The position numbers were made by a program, and so were the translations under genes. A DNA stretch of 64,000 nt from Phoronis australis (taxonomy: Eukaryota; Animalia; Phoronida): positions 1-64,000 of the forward strand of contig NMRA01001047.1 of NCBI GenBank assembly GCA_002633005.1, in the 5' to 3' direction. Within the stretch, counting starts at the first letter, position 1. Each line of letters begins with the position of its first letter. The notes beneath the pieces were generated by a model. The model searched no databases, was not told where the DNA came from, and saw only the letters and a program-made list of their open reading frames with translations. Positions 1-15,100 of this stretch are shown here, piece after piece.

Positions 1-150
1 GTGCTCTCTTTGGAGTTGATGCAACGTCGGAAAATCGAACAGGCGTCGCGGCATTTCGTTTTGAGGCAACTCTTGCTGAAGAGGTGGCGGACGCCTGTAA
101 GCTCATTGCTGACGGGATTGGTCGTACAGGAGACGGTTGGTTGATGTTGA
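1..150 (-). CDS. SMCHD1: SMCHD1 last visible exon (truncated by window edge)
   Basis: Phase-1 acceptor tttttcag at 151-158; open frame [49 protein letters not shown], a low-complexity basic tail. Confidence 0.75.
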
Positions 151-3100
151 CTGAAAAATGTAAGTTTGGAATTGAAACCACCATGTTATTACTGACAATG
201 GAGAATATTTACTGTCAGTTACTTTTATTATTATCATCACCATTATTATTATTACTATATTATCATCATCATTATTAATGCTGTCAGAGGTTTAATTATG
301 TTATTTGTATACCTATCTACGTCAAGTTTTGAGTACAGACTTGTATTTAAGCAGTCCCGTGGGACTCGTATGCGTCACGGACGTAGAGAACTAAAATTAA
401 ATCGTAGTCATAATCAACTGCACCAAAAGCAAATTAACAAAGCCAAAAATATCAAAAACGGTGATTTCTGTGGAGTAAAGAACAAGCATTTTTGTTGCAT
501 GGTTTAAAACCCGCCCTTCAATGTATTACATGAAGCTAGTACACACAACAAGCCAGCAAAAAATGAAGGCCATAATCATTAAAGCTGTTATAAGCTCATT
601 TTCCGTCAAAAAATTATGATTTAGACAGTTATGAGACATTGATCTCGGCTTGTTCCTGGCTTTCTTCATGGTTTGGAGAAAACTGACACCGGCCTCAACA
701 AACTTGCTTGTCAAGGCGAGCGAGCCTATTTTTTGCACCGACCATGGTGTCCAGCAATAACAATTCTTTCCGTGGCTAGAAACCACTTCTCATATGAGCA
801 AGGAACTGGTTGACACCGATATAGTGATAAAGTGGTCTCAATCAAGCTTGACCAATATCATTCAAGCTTAACCAATATTATTCAAGCTTGGTGAATAGTA
901 TTAAAGCTTGACCAGTACTATTCAAGTTAACCAATATTGAAGCTTTTTGGGCCTACCTTAATCAAAGTTCCACACTACGCTCCAATAACCTTGCTAGCAA
1001 TGTGTGCAAATGTCTCAATTTTAGCACACTTGAATGTAGCACACGAGCTACACTGTCACACATGAACAGGCCATGGGAATTTTTTCGAACACCAGTTGAT
1101 AAGAAAACAAGTCTTGATTGGTGACGAAATTCGCTACAGATAATCAACTAGTAATAAATTATCTTACTGGTAGGCAGTCTTCCTCAACCTTGCACAGCAT
1201 AGGTTACCAAGAGCCATGATTTTTTAAGCTCCCAATACACTGTTGAAAAAGGCGAGTTGCCCAACAAGCTTAGTCAAGATTTTTTTGACAAGCCTGATTC
1301 ACGTCACTCTTCAGCAGCTAACCCAGCACTTGTTAGTAAGGACGCATCGAAATTCAAGCTCGAAGAAAAATGTCGAACAAGCTTAGTCAAACTTAGCTAC
1401 GCATTAATGCCCTGTATGACCTACTGACCTAGTTTTTCCTCAATGTTCCTCATTTGCTCCTCGCTCTCTTGACATTCCCGTTGTTTCTCCCTCATCTCTG
1501 GGTCGTTCTGGCTCTGCATGTGTTCGTCCAGCTCTAACTTGGAGTTTTGCTGCTTGACGAGAGCCGCTCGAAATGCCTGCAATGTGTCTGCAACAGAGGA
1601 AACGCAATGCTGTCTAAAGGGACCTATTCAGCGATACGACAATCTAAAACTGGGGAAAGCGTAGAAAACATAAGCTTGCAAACACATTCCACAAAAACTC
1701 AAAAGTTACAGTGCCAAAAGTAATAAATATAACACGTGTAGAAACATAAAATTCAACCTATAGATAACCCAGACTGACACAATCACCAAAACAGTTATAC
1801 CTCTCACTACACTAACTGGAACAGCTCAATAAACTACAACACTAAACGTTTCCAACAAGTTGAGCATTTTAGTACACCAAACACAAAGTTACATTAACTT
1901 AATCAAAAAATTTAAAAAAAGCAAATCAACACATTGATAAATGACTAAAATGGTCAAGTTCTGCCTCAGAATAGAAACTTTTCGTTGCCACATTGGTCTC
2001 TTAGCTTACCAATCTGAGTGCAGACAGCATGATACGTTTTGGGCAGAGGCTCGCTGAAGACAACCCCTCTCAGCTTCTCCAGCGGAACAGCTTTGTTCAT
2101 GAAGCCGCCAAACTTGCCGTTACTCCGAATACGGTCACCGGTACGTGTCAGGATGGTGGGGCAGTAGCAGAACTTGACCACNCCAGGTAATGAATGACAA
2201 CACACTCGAGTTGACTACATGGCAAGAGAGGAGGGTGGTCAGGTTTGATGGGAGGGATATGGCTTTTGGGGGTAGAGAGCAGACGAGCGAGGGAGGAAGG
2301 CCACACAAAAAGGATATAAAAGGAGGCTGATGGACATAGGTACAGAGAGGGAGATAGACAGGCAGGAGTGAGTAGGAAGAGAATTTGTGAAGATGACAAA
2401 TATTTTGCCTAATTCAATCTCTTTGGAAGATAACCACAGAACATTAACATGTTACCAAATACAACACTTTACAATAAGTTATCAGTACAGTAGAACAGTA
2501 TTACAATGGACCTGATCCATAACGTTAGCATGTTTATAACAGTTCATTCCACAATCTGCAGTTAAGTGTATTGTATGCAATTTGATTTGGTTACAATAGA
2601 CTTCACTATCAACAAACATTTCAGAAAGGTGCTGGTTCATAGTAACACCAAGGTGCTGGTTCATTGTAACTGTCACCGTTTCACTATTCATGATGACCAG
2701 AATTACTTAAACACTGACGATGAATATTTTGGCACTCGTTGGATTACTCATCCTCAAAATATGGCCGAACATCAACGCTATCACGATCATAATTTCTAAT
2801 ATGGTAAAGTTCCTTAAATTCAACAAAAACTAATGGCCAAAATTGGTAATTTTTTGAGTTTTCAAATGCTCACCGTATCGCCAAAAATGTTCAAAATTTC
2901 ACCGTGTGTTCATTGATGACAGCTGTACTATATGAAGTTTTCAAATAATCAAGTAAATTAGTCTTGTAAACTGTTCTTGAAATTTTTGATAAAATGTAAA
3001 TGTTACTGTACCGCTATAATGTGTTCTAATTTAAAGAAACTTTTCCGTATTTGTTACACACAATACCACACAATACTACACATGCAGCAGTAGCGGTGCA

Positions 3101-6100
3101 CTACATACCGGTACGACATGCATCCTGGTGCTGGGGAAAACTGAGAAGCTGTCGAGCATAGACCGGATTTCCAGCTGGTTTCCACATACCTCTGTACCTG
3201 ACGTGGGGGAGGGGCCTGGAAAGGTTTGGAGCAAATGAAAGAGTATGCGGTAAGAACAGGACGATTAGTTGATGCAAATATTCAAAAAGGTATCGACGTT
3301 CACAAAGAGAACGAGACGAGTTCGACAAAAGACGATTACCTACGAGCGACTAAGACATCTATATTAGCTGGCATATAGCTTTGGTCTTACTTCAAAATTT
3401 ACGGAGAATAGGAAGTCTAAATTGATATCCCAGAGCACAAATGCATCACAACAGCCGTAATTATCACTGTTCATCTTCATACTTTTATTCCACACGAGCT
3501 AGGACAAGAAATGTTTAGTCCATTGCTCAAAACCATCCGCTTGTTCAATGAAAGATCTCAACGCATATCCCTAACATTACATTTTCTTCTACTGCGGTAC
3601 AATAACAGGTCATACAGTCTGTCACTAAGTTGGTAAAAAAATGGCATGAAATGGGCCCACACAACATAAACTGATAGTTGCAGAGTCATTATAAACCAAA
3701 GAAGATTTTTTCTTTATGTAAACATACCTTACTCTCGAAGTCGCCATTTCAGAAGTAAGCCTCTTTTTAGGTATCAAAAACAACGCATTTGAGACATAAA
3801 TATAACAAGGTACGTAAAAAAAATCACGCTTTGCACTGTGATTAAGCGCAGGATGCATTGAAAACTGGCTCACTTTTAAAATGTTGACTGGGTGAATATG
3901 TATACATTACAGAATGAATATAAAGATTCACACGCCGTGTACTTGATAGTGTTTATAACTGTAAGATAATTTAGTCGGAACGGCTTACGATGTACTTATA
4001 CAAGTTGTTTCACTATGTACAAGTGGTCTCGATAGCTCAGTAGACTAGAGCATTCGCACGGTCAGCAGGAAGTCTCGGGTTCAAATCCCAGTCGGGGCAG
4101 AGATCTTTTCACACTTAACTTCATGTCACGTGAAGTGACCAAAAGGTGGCATGTATTAGACTAATAATTCTTACTTATATATGCATTACACCATCAACTT
4201 ACTTGGTGTTCCAGTCGTCAATGGTGATGGATTTCTTGAAGACAGAATCCAGGGGAAGGACTTGCTGCTTACCACCAGACTGTTGGTAGATGTCTTTAGC
4301 CTAGGTGTTGAGATCAGCCAATGAGACATGGTACAGCCATCAAGTCGGCCAATGACAAGTCACATAATCAACCAGAGTGGACACATATTAGCCTGGGTGT
4401 CGATATCAGCCAATGAGACATGGTACAGCCATCAAGTCGACCAATGACAAGTCATATAATCAACCGGTGCGAACACGGACACTAACTAGAGAAAACGAGA
4501 CACTTTACTCCTGAATGGTCTATGAAAACTCAGAAAGAGACGACGATTCAAAGATCAATGGTGACAAAAGTTAATGGAAACAAGTGGTAATAGCAATGCA
4601 TTCACACATGAGAATGCACATTGCAAAAATGTTTCTAAAATGAGAAATTCAAACAATAAAAAATAAGTTTAAAGAGGCCACAAAAACACCTGACAAAACT
4701 CTTGCCTTGAACCATTTACCATTACAAAGCAACTTTTCTGGACTTCTTCCTTTAGTAATCGACTACAAATAATTCTCGAGCTTAGAAAAAATTGACGCTT
4801 TGTTGTTGCATACGATGAGGTTCAGCAATGTGACCTGACCCAGCTGGTCATTTCATGCGATGAACCTGGCCGCACGCAGTAACTGTCAGTTCTTCCCAAA
4901 CCTGGGACTATAATACAAGCAACGAATTCGTGGAAGCCAGTTTTATTATGGTTATCGGTTTCCAAACTGACGAAACATCAAAAGTTGAAAGCTTTTTGAC
5001 ACAAGGCGGCTTCACAGCATCTTTGTCTCACATATGAGCAACAACAACACAACAACAAAAATCTTAAGACATCACCAGTACTTTCCCAGTGACAAACTAG
5101 CGAGGGGTAAGGGTTAGTTACCTTTTTAGTGGAAGTGGTGACGACACAGTCCATGTCAGCGGACATATGCCATGACAGAACACGGGCAATGTCATGATCT
5201 TCAACAAATGCCAGGTGGCAAATCTGGAAAATTGAAATCTTGTGTCATGATTCCTTTGAAGGTGTACAAGTCATTATATCTCTCAAGTAAGACTTACATG
5301 GCAGTAATGATTTTGCTTGTGTCGGTCTATCAGTCTGTCTGAAAATAGATCCTTACATGTGGTTATCCAAACTTTTTTTGGAAATGACGGACAAGGGACA
5401 GGAATTAACTGATTATATTTTGAGTACGATTCTATGCGTCATAGATATCTTACGGACACTATTCTACAAACTTCATGTGCAAAGGACGTGAACTAAACAG
5501 AAAAAAATTTAAGATGTTGATGATCGCATTCAAGCAGAACTAAACTCTTTAAGGGGACGCCATGCCATGGGAAATGTTGGTGCACTAAAAGTGTTTCCAA
5601 CTTATTCCATGTTACAATTCGTCTGTTATGCACATTTTACATTTAATACCTGGCACAAATAAGTCTGATAACACTCTATATAGTAATCCAAACTATAACT
5701 CCATTAAACACTTGTGTAAATACCTGCCAGGTGTTTAAGATGTACTTTAGTAACTAGAATAAACAATGCCTCACCTTCCCTATAACATCACTGTCCTTAG
5801 GCGCATGCGCCAGACCACACAGACGACGGGGCATGTTCAATATACCATCTCTTTCCTTCACACGTGTCTGTACCAGCTTGTCAACACCAGTCATCTGCAA
5901 GGTCACATCAAAACATTTTCCCTCGAAATTGGTACATTCAAAAGTAAATCACAGGTAAAATTATTGGACTAACTGAATACCGTTCTTTTAACTCACAGAC
6001 TGTAGTTTGACAGCCTTGTCCCATACACAAGACGTGAAACCTTAAAGCCCCACGTGGAGGTCAGCCCCACCTGGTGGTCAGCCCCACCTGGTGGTCAGCC

Positions 6101-9100
6101 CCACCTGGTGGTCAGACCATCAACCATCAGGGTGTGATGCTGACACAACATCTCTAATGGGAGTCACTAAAGTCCTAGTATTTCATTCGATTTGATACCC
6201 TAATGTTTTTTTGCTAATATTTCACTGTTACTCGCACAAGGTCAATCAGCAACACATTCAAGTTTTTGAAAAAAATATTTTGAGAGAAAAGCAACAGCAA
6301 ATCCATTAATAAAGAGCAATTAGAAATCGAATATCATAATAGGACGCTACATCAATGGACGAACATTGTAGAAGACTACTCTACAAAGAGAACAGCAAAC
6401 GAAAAAACAGGAAAAAATAAGAACTGAAGTGAGAAACATTTACACGGTAACCATGGGTGATCAATTACCATCACTGCAACGTTGCAATACCAATAGCATG
6501 ATCCAACTGCATGGATGGTATAAATATCTAAAGTCATTTTTGTTATGTGCTAGCCAAACTAACAAACACCTCAGCATTTTTGTTTCACTGAGACAGATAC
6601 AGAATGACCTGTCCAGGCCATTTACTCAACTCACACAATGAGTAGCACACTAATAGTAAACTTGACTACTGCGCAGATCTGATTTGCTTCAACACACGAC
6701 ACAGCACAGCACAGCACAGCACAGCACAGCACAGCACAGTACAGCACAACAGAGCACAGCACAGCACAGCACAGCACAACAGAGCACAGCACAGCACAGC
6801 ACAGCACAGCACAACAGAGCACAACAGAGCACAGCACAGCACAGCACAAGTTGGTAACAGTACTTCAGTCTAACACTTACATCACCAATTTGATTCAACT
6901 GTACATTCTGTTTCTTCAATTCATTCTTAAGCCTGGTCACTTCTGTGTTGGATTCATGCACAGACACTGCAGAGATCAATAAGAAAACATCTGAGCCGTT
7001 GTTTCACAATAATTTCATGAAAATATTAAAGCTGGCGCTACACAATTGTGACAATCAGATGTAAATGTGACTGTATTGTGAAAATGATGAGTTTTTACAA
7101 GTGTCCCATAGGCAACTATAACTGGCTCCACGTTATAGCAATCACCTACAGGGAAATGTCTGGAATGACCCAGAATTGTGAAAAGAGCAACGAGGGGGGA
7201 GGGGGGGATATGTTCCCACAATGATGCACCCAAAACAGTTATGCAGGATCCTCATTGCTTTATTGAGACAGAATTAATAAATTAGAGATTTTTTCCTTAC
7301 CCATCATCTAAATTGCAGATTACAAACCAGTTGTCTGAGTCACACAAAACATGTCTGGAACTTAGACAAAGATACCCATACCGAAACAGACATTCATGCA
7401 AATAGCATATTGAACTTAAAAAACTAATAACCTTAAACAGGGTGTACCAACCCTCCAACAATATATCAATTGCGGGTTATGTACATTTTCATTTTGATGG
7501 CAGAAACCAACTGTAGCCACAGCAAGGAGACCAGGTTGTCAGAACTAATAATTAACCTATTCCATAAACAGTTCAAGAGCTTAAAATATGTACAAACAAA
7601 ATTTAGCAATTATCAGAATGTGAACAAAATCCAACGGTATTGTATTTTCATATAATCTCAATTGACACTCAACATTTCCATAACTGAGTTGAAATACATA
7701 GCCACAATGCACTACAAGCCTGTCTATTTACTTAAGAGCCTGAAGTTAACTTACCTTTTAGTTCATCAATCAACATTTGCGTCGTCTCAAACAAGTTCTT
7801 GTACGTCCTGATGGCTTTCTTCAGGCAATCCTTCTCTTTGCACAGTGCTGCCACCTGGGCCTGTTTCTTGGCGTCTGCAGAGAGTGAAACAGAATCAGTG
7901 TTTCCACTGGAAATGGATCACAGACAATAACTAGGGCGAGTGTGCCCACTTTCTTCACTCTACCCACACATGACATCCTCCAACATGGCAATTCCTCAAC
8001 TATTTAGCACCCCATGCAGAGGACAACAGAAATTTTACTTTGTCAATTTTATGAAGAAAAATTTCCATTATTTGATGCAATACCACCAGCATTTGAAAAA
8101 CATAAAAAAAACACAAATATGCCAATAATTTTTGGTAAATATAAGAAAAATACAACCCTCAAGCTAAATGTTCTTACAAATTACAGTTTAGACCTACTCA
8201 AATCTTAACTTAACCAGTGACTACTGACCATCTGCTATAGTCATCATTTCTACTCATATTAGGTTTTCATATTCCACAAGTTATTTTTCTCCACACAAGA
8301 CACAACTCGCAAAACAAAGGTCAAAGTTTTACATTTTTTATTTCCCATGACTTTTTCATACCTAATATCTACTTTTTTCACTTTCCAGCCGTTCCTAGAA
8401 ACCATCCAACTTGCTTCAAAAGAACCAAACGTGAGCAAATCAAAAGGGAAAGCACCAGTTTTTGATTTTACCTTAACTAAAATTTCATATTCTTGGTTAT
8501 CCAAGACAGACATTTTTTGTGTTAACTAATGTTCCCCTCATCTGCTTACACTCCATGCAACAATAGAAAATGATGTTAAACAGTCCAACAAAATGACGTT
8601 AAACAGTCCAACAAAATGACGTTAAACAGTCCAACAAAATGACGTTAAACAGTCCAACAAAATGACGTTAAACAGTCCAACAAAATGACGTTAAACAGTC
8701 CAACAAAATGACGTTAAACAGTCCAACTAAAGGCCCACATCTTGATTCTGCATTCATCCCTATGTCAGCTACACAACAGACAGTGTTGGATAAAGAGTAA
8801 GTCACACATTGGGTTTGTGAGCCTGTGCATCACCCTGTATTGTTGTACGGAAGGTGTATACAAGAGTCATGGCAATTAACACAGAAAACTATGTACTCAA
8901 AATAACCAGTAGAAGTAACATTGAAAACGGTCGTCTTCCCCTTTATTTGACAGCAAATAAAATAAAAAAGACAACTACTGTTCATGTTCATACATTATGA
9001 TTACCTACGTTTCAAGTTAAGCAACAACTGTTTTCATTGGAAATATACCTCCATCTTGAATGTTTGGGGTGCCAATTGTGGGCACATATAAAAGGGAGCA

Positions 9101-12100
9101 AATTGGCTTACTTTTAGAAACACCAAACTTTGGTACCCTGTATGAGTTTTACTAGATGACTTTCATGAACCAGCACAGAAACAAAGGTTTTAAATTACAT
9201 CAAAAACATCTGTTGAAAATATACAGAATTTACATGGGACCATTACACATGGTGAACAGGTGTCAAAGAATAGCGCAACCATTGGTTTGACATAAAAAAC
9301 ATGTTGCGTTTCAACAACTTGTATCTGCATTTTATTTGCAGTGATATCTTTTCCACTAAATCTTATAGCATATATAAATGATATTGCATTATACAAGTGC
9401 ATGTACAAAGAATCTCTCAATAGAAATATTCAATCAGAATGAAACGACTGGGCTCTTAAGCCTCTTCAAAGCAGGCACATCACATTTACAGTAAGCTTAA
9501 TAAACTCTTTCCAAACAAAGCATCAGCTGTGTTTGACCCCAAGCAGGTCCAGTACAGGCTAGTGATCATAAAGCCTGTAAAGCCATCAATACATTGAATG
9601 GTTCAATGATTAATCATTGATTTATAAACAAAACAGTCAATAACTGACATAGACTTAAATGTGACAACACCAACATCCACTGACAACCAGACACGTGACA
9701 TTACACAGGCATTAAAGTCAACCATCCTGATGCAGTCAAGGTTATAACATTCTTTGAATTTCAATTAGATATCACTGACAGGAAAAGATAATCCAGACTT
9801 CAAAAGATTCTGAAGAGTAACAAGACACCCCTTATCAGGACCCAGAATGGACTAATCCACTCCCAAGGCCATTCATAATACAACAGCCTGTAAAGAGTGT
9901 GGTTAGCATGCAACTTTCAATCATTATGTACTTGTTGAGGATGTGTCTTCTCATCAACACAATCAGATCATTAGAAACAGTACAGGTAAGTGAACTTTAG
10001 AAGCGTATTCTAGATGAAACAGTAACCTTTTATTAGTTTTGTAGCTGTCTTAAAGTTATGTAAGTCCCCAGAGAAATGCGCTTTGCGATGCCATGACATC
10101 TTCACGAAAATTATTAGACACAGGAATTATTTTCATCTGTACGGGTGTACAGCCTTAGCTTATTATGGATGTAATTTACTTGTTGGAAAACATATTATAG
10201 TTTGAGTGACTTTTTGATGGAACAGTATAAAGAAAACGAAATTGAAACCAAATCCACACATAATCTTTGTAAATCTGAATGTGGTACCACCACATAGAAA
10301 CATTTTCCGATTTACAAAGATCCTGTGCAAATCAACATTCAACTGCTTCACGCTTCAGCCTCTCTTTAGCACAGATGGCAGAAAAGTGAAATTTGATTGC
10401 GCCAAACTTTTCAACAAATATAAACAGAAGGAAAATCTAGTTTAATACATGAGGTGGTATGTACTGTGCAGATGTCAGTGAAACGAGACTCGAGTATTCA
10501 TCTGACACTGTTGAGTCAATATGCATTGGGTGGAATTGCATTGAGATGGACTTTGACTGTGTCAAAGTTGTCCAAAGCGAAAACAAGAAGTATGAGTCAC
10601 CGTTGTTAGATACTTTGTTAGACATTGTGACAAGATAGAAAATTGATAGCCGAGACACTTATAGTAAAATCACTGTGTTTTAATTACAAATCACAACATC
10701 GTGACTAATCACTATAGCAACAAAAGAAACACAAAAAGAAATGGCTGTATAGGGTCACGCTAATCTGTCACTGCCCACATCCAGGTTATGTTTATCACAA
10801 ATCCATCACAGGGAAAAACTCATAAATCATTCAGTCTTCAGACATAAACTCCGCATTAAGAAATCATGAATATTCCCTTGAGATCGTAGTTGCGATCAAT
10901 ATATTTTTTCACCTTTCCACCATACCTAATCACACACGTATTTTCAGACAATGTGAAGCAGACGTGAGTTTGGATCAAACATGAGCGACGACGTAAATCC
11001 ACAAGCAGGGGACATTTCGTTCCTGAAGAACCCGCAGGCGTGGGCCGACTTTGCTGAATACAGCAACTCCACCACCCCATCAGACCATCAAATTCGCCTC
11101 AGTGTCAAGGTCAATCCATCCAGTACGTTTCTAGAGCTCGACTTGTCACGCCGCGCACTTGATGAAATCCCCGCAGAGGTGTACAACTTCTCACGAGTTG
11201 AAGTGTTAAAAATGGGGAACAACAAGATCAAGGCAGTGGCCAATGCCATAGGTCACCTGCACCGTCTCAAGATCTTTGACGGCCACAAGAACAAGCTGAC
11301 ATCACTGCCGGACACCATATTGAACTGCCACTACTTAACCGAGATCAACCTTAACCACAACCAGCTCTGCTCGCTCCCAAACAACTTTCGAGCGCTCAAC
11401 AACCTCAAGGTGTTGTCCATCGCACACAACTGTTTCGAGTCATTGCCGCATGACGTAGCACACTTGGACAGCTTGAAGTCGCTCAACCTCCAGGGGAACA
11501 AACTGTGGCACCTACCGTTCAACATTCAGAACCTACGTCACCTGACGACTTTGAACATCGCCGACAATTTGTTCGAGCATGTTCCCATACCAGTGTGTAA
11601 CATCAAAAATCTGGAGGTGCTCAACATCAGGGGCAACAAGCTCGTCAATGTTCCAACTGACTTTGAGAACCTCAAGTTACTGACAGAGCTGAATCTCGCC
11701 AACAACTACTTCGAGATGGTGCCATACACTATTGGCGACATGCGCAGTCTGCAATTTCTCAATATGTCGAGTAACCAACTCACCTTCCTGCCACCACGCC
11801 TCACTAGAATGCCGAAGCTTCGCACACTGCATGCACAGCACAACCAGATCGGTACCATTCCAAACTGCTTTGATAACCTTGAGTACCTCAATATTGCCCA
11901 CAATAAGCTGCGCAATTTCAGCGTGGCCAAGATGAGACGGCTCAAGTCGCTCAATGCCAGTCACAACGACTTAGAAAACCTTCCCATGGGCCTGTGTAAC
12001 CTCGTACATCTGGAGCAGGCACGACTTAATAACAACCAGATACGGTTCCTCTCGCAGGACATCGTGCTGCTGCGCAACTTGCGAACACTCGACTTGTCAT

Positions 12101-15100
12101 ACAACAAGCTGTCCAGCCTGCCGCAGGTCATAGACGAACTGGATAAGCTGGAGTACTTCTGCATCAAGGGAAACAAGATTGAGTCACGTCCTCAGGTGAC
12201 GAACAATCACGCCGCGTACACGGGCGATATGATGTCTCACAGGCAGACAAATGGAGTCAACAAGCGCAAGAGTTTCTTCAACTGGACGTTTAAAACAAAA
12301 AACATTCCTGAACGAACAAGGAAACCGTTGGACACGAAAGCACGTGGACAGAAGACAGTGAAACGAGATGGTGACCAGAGATACCCTAAGCAGAAAGTCA
12401 TGGATTACTTGGATGGAGCTAAACCTACAAGGACTTCCCCGAAACAGGTCAAGAAACGGGAAACAAAGAGGGGTGACACAGACAACGAGGCAAAACTGAG
12501 AACTCATATGACACCAACACCACCCCCAGAGACGATAGTAAAGCGTTCCATCACTAGTGAGGACAATTCAGCAACAGTGACATCAACGAAAGACATGGCA
12601 GTATTCGACAAAGTAAGGGTAAAATACCTCACAAAATGCTCTTCACAAAATATGTCACTAGAATTCCTGTAGAACCATTCTATTTATAATCGGACGGTAC
12701 TTTCTGCTCTCGATTGTTGCACAGAACAAAAATCTGCATGGGTTAGTGTCATTTTTGAATTTTTTAATGCAGAGTAATTGTTACTTATTCCACTCTGAAA
12801 TAGCCAACACCACAACTGACTTATTCTAAGCAAAATACTACATTTAGCAAAACGGTATATTGAATTTTCAGAGTCAGATAGACGAGAGCGGACAGGTGCA
12901 CATGTCAGTACCCGACACTCATATAACCACAAGCACAGACTACGCTCTGATTGGTCTGTGCAACCAGGTGGAGGCCTTGCTGAATCGCGACTTACTCCAA
13001 CCAATCATATCACACAAAGTCAACAGCAAACGGTCATCTATGTAAGTATGTCTTTTCTAAAACTGAACTCTCCGACTTTCCCTACTTGTTCGAATATTTT
13101 TCATGAACTTAGAATAAGATCAAAGATAGACAGTGTGAATAATTCCTAAAAAGTCAACAAATCCATTGTGATTTGTAAAGAAATACATTACGGTTTAAGG
13201 AGTTTTCTCACTGAACATGTCTTTGCAGACCAACCGTGCCCTCGGTGTCACAAGATGCAAGCCAGCCAAAGGAGAGCACACAGGTCACAAACCACACCCC
13301 CAACCATGTGACAGGCCACTCCTCCATCCCACATACTAGCCATACCCCAAGCGACACCTCTATTCATCTCACTAGCCCCGCCTCCAGCCCATCAAACAGT
13401 CATGCCCCTGTCAACACCCCAAGTCAACTCACAAGCCACACCCCTAAGTCATCAACTCGTTACGTCCCGGACCCTTCACCTAGCCAACATACGGCATCTA
13501 CCACCAACCCACTCACAAACCACAGCCATGCCTCCCACACAATCCCAAGCCATCTGGTCAGACCAGTCAGTAGCCAACCTCCCGCCTATCCTTCTAGCCA
13601 CACCCCTCTCCAGCAACAGTCAGCAAATCAAGAGAACAAACATCCAGCAACACGCGTTCAACAGATAAGAGAACAGACATGGCTGTTGAAGACAGCAGCT
13701 GACACTTTTATGATCACTCAGTATGGAGGTATATTCAGGTCGAAAGTCGATCCCAATGTGAAACTGTTCGTACCTCCGAACGCTGTCATTCAGCCAACAG
13801 AGATTACTTTACAGGTAACCAACAACTAAATGTCTAATTTAAAAAAAAGCTCTAAGAATAAGAATATACTAGATATTTAAGTTACATCAAAACAGTATTG
13901 TATCATGAACTTCACTAATTTGAATTTGCTAAACTCGTTTGAAAAAACATCCACCATACTGTTTGATACATCTCAGTCCCTTAAAACTTCTAATCCCAAT
14001 ATGCATTAACATTTTCCAGATTGCAAAAGTAGACCAGGAGATTTTTTACGAGGCTAAAAAACAGAACCACGACAAGCTGCTGGCAAACCTGACATCTGTT
14101 GGAGATATTGTGCATGCCAATCAGAGCTCCTCAACTGACATACTCAAACCGGTCACTATGGCAATACCAGCGCCACCTGTCAACAAGGGTGGCAAACTGC
14201 ATATCATGTCATATAACGATAACAACATGTGTAGTGTGTCATCCACTCCGTATCGCCAACAGAAGGGTTACATAACCTTCCAGACATGGCGGCTAGCAGG
14301 GTATGTAACTACACAACAATTTTGGACAGTCAGAATTTTGAATTTTATTCAGAACCATGACGACTGAAATTTTTACAGAACTTGTAGTAAAGTTATTTGA
14401 GCACATCCCCCTGAGCGCAGATTTACAGGTCGGAAGGCTTTCTGCCAGGCTATCAAGAGGCTCGTAGCTCTTCATCCATGTCCCTTATGGTTTGGTTTTC
14501 TACTAGTTAGCTTGTTAGCTTGCGTAAACTTTTACAAAAAAAATAAAAAGAAGCCAAATGATGACCAAGTGAGAAATTGCAGTTAATTAGGGAATTCTTT
14601 GTTCGTGTATCTCAACATTTATGTTAACAACTATATATCTTTTTACAATAAATTACCCGCACAATGCTCTCTGTTAAATCCACTTCACCTTTCACCTGTA
14701 GGAAATGTGACCTATTGCTTACACACCATGGGGTAACAATTACACTGTTTTTTTAAACACAAAGGCGACAGTGAGAGTTATCTAACATTCACGCTGTTTA
14801 AGTGACTCCTTCTTTACATTCCAGTGGAAAAGGTGCTGTGCTAACCAAGGCTAAGTGCAAGTACAAAGCCAGTCGTTCTGTAGAGACGTTACTGTCACAT
14901 CTTCAACATTAGACATCTACTGAAGGCACATGCCTGCTTTCACCACACAGTATTAAGAAGTTAGCAGAAGTCACTACAGATCCTCTTATAACCAATGGAG
15001 TATTGTCAGTTGGAGTACAGATTTAGTATGTTAGTGTATTGTTGCCACAACAGGTGTCTCTGCAACAACACATCTAGGCTAATTTTGCTCCTATCTAGTG

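Noticed and set aside
2860-2910. Minus-strand [11 protein letters not shown] as a candidate for the missing hinge exon
   Set aside because: Immediately followed by a stop, no suitable splice sites, and only a chance GDT match.
4026-4099. Functional tRNA gene
   Set aside because: The anticodon arm does not form properly, so it is treated as a SINE or pseudogene. The same applies to a weaker tRNA-like piece at about 38545-38612 (minus strand).
6631-6979. Cys-rich ORFs ([10 protein letters not shown]...)
   Set aside because: Translation of the (CACAG)n microsatellite; only 6881-6966 is a real exon.
8567-8727. CRISPR-like appearance of the 23-bp repeats (and the 46-bp repeats at 39124)
   Set aside because: Head-to-tail units with no unique spacers, no cas genes, and a eukaryotic context.
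11331-12507. Several minus-strand and alternate-frame ORFs over the LRR exon
   Set aside because: Shadow ORFs of a coding exon with no recognisable motifs.
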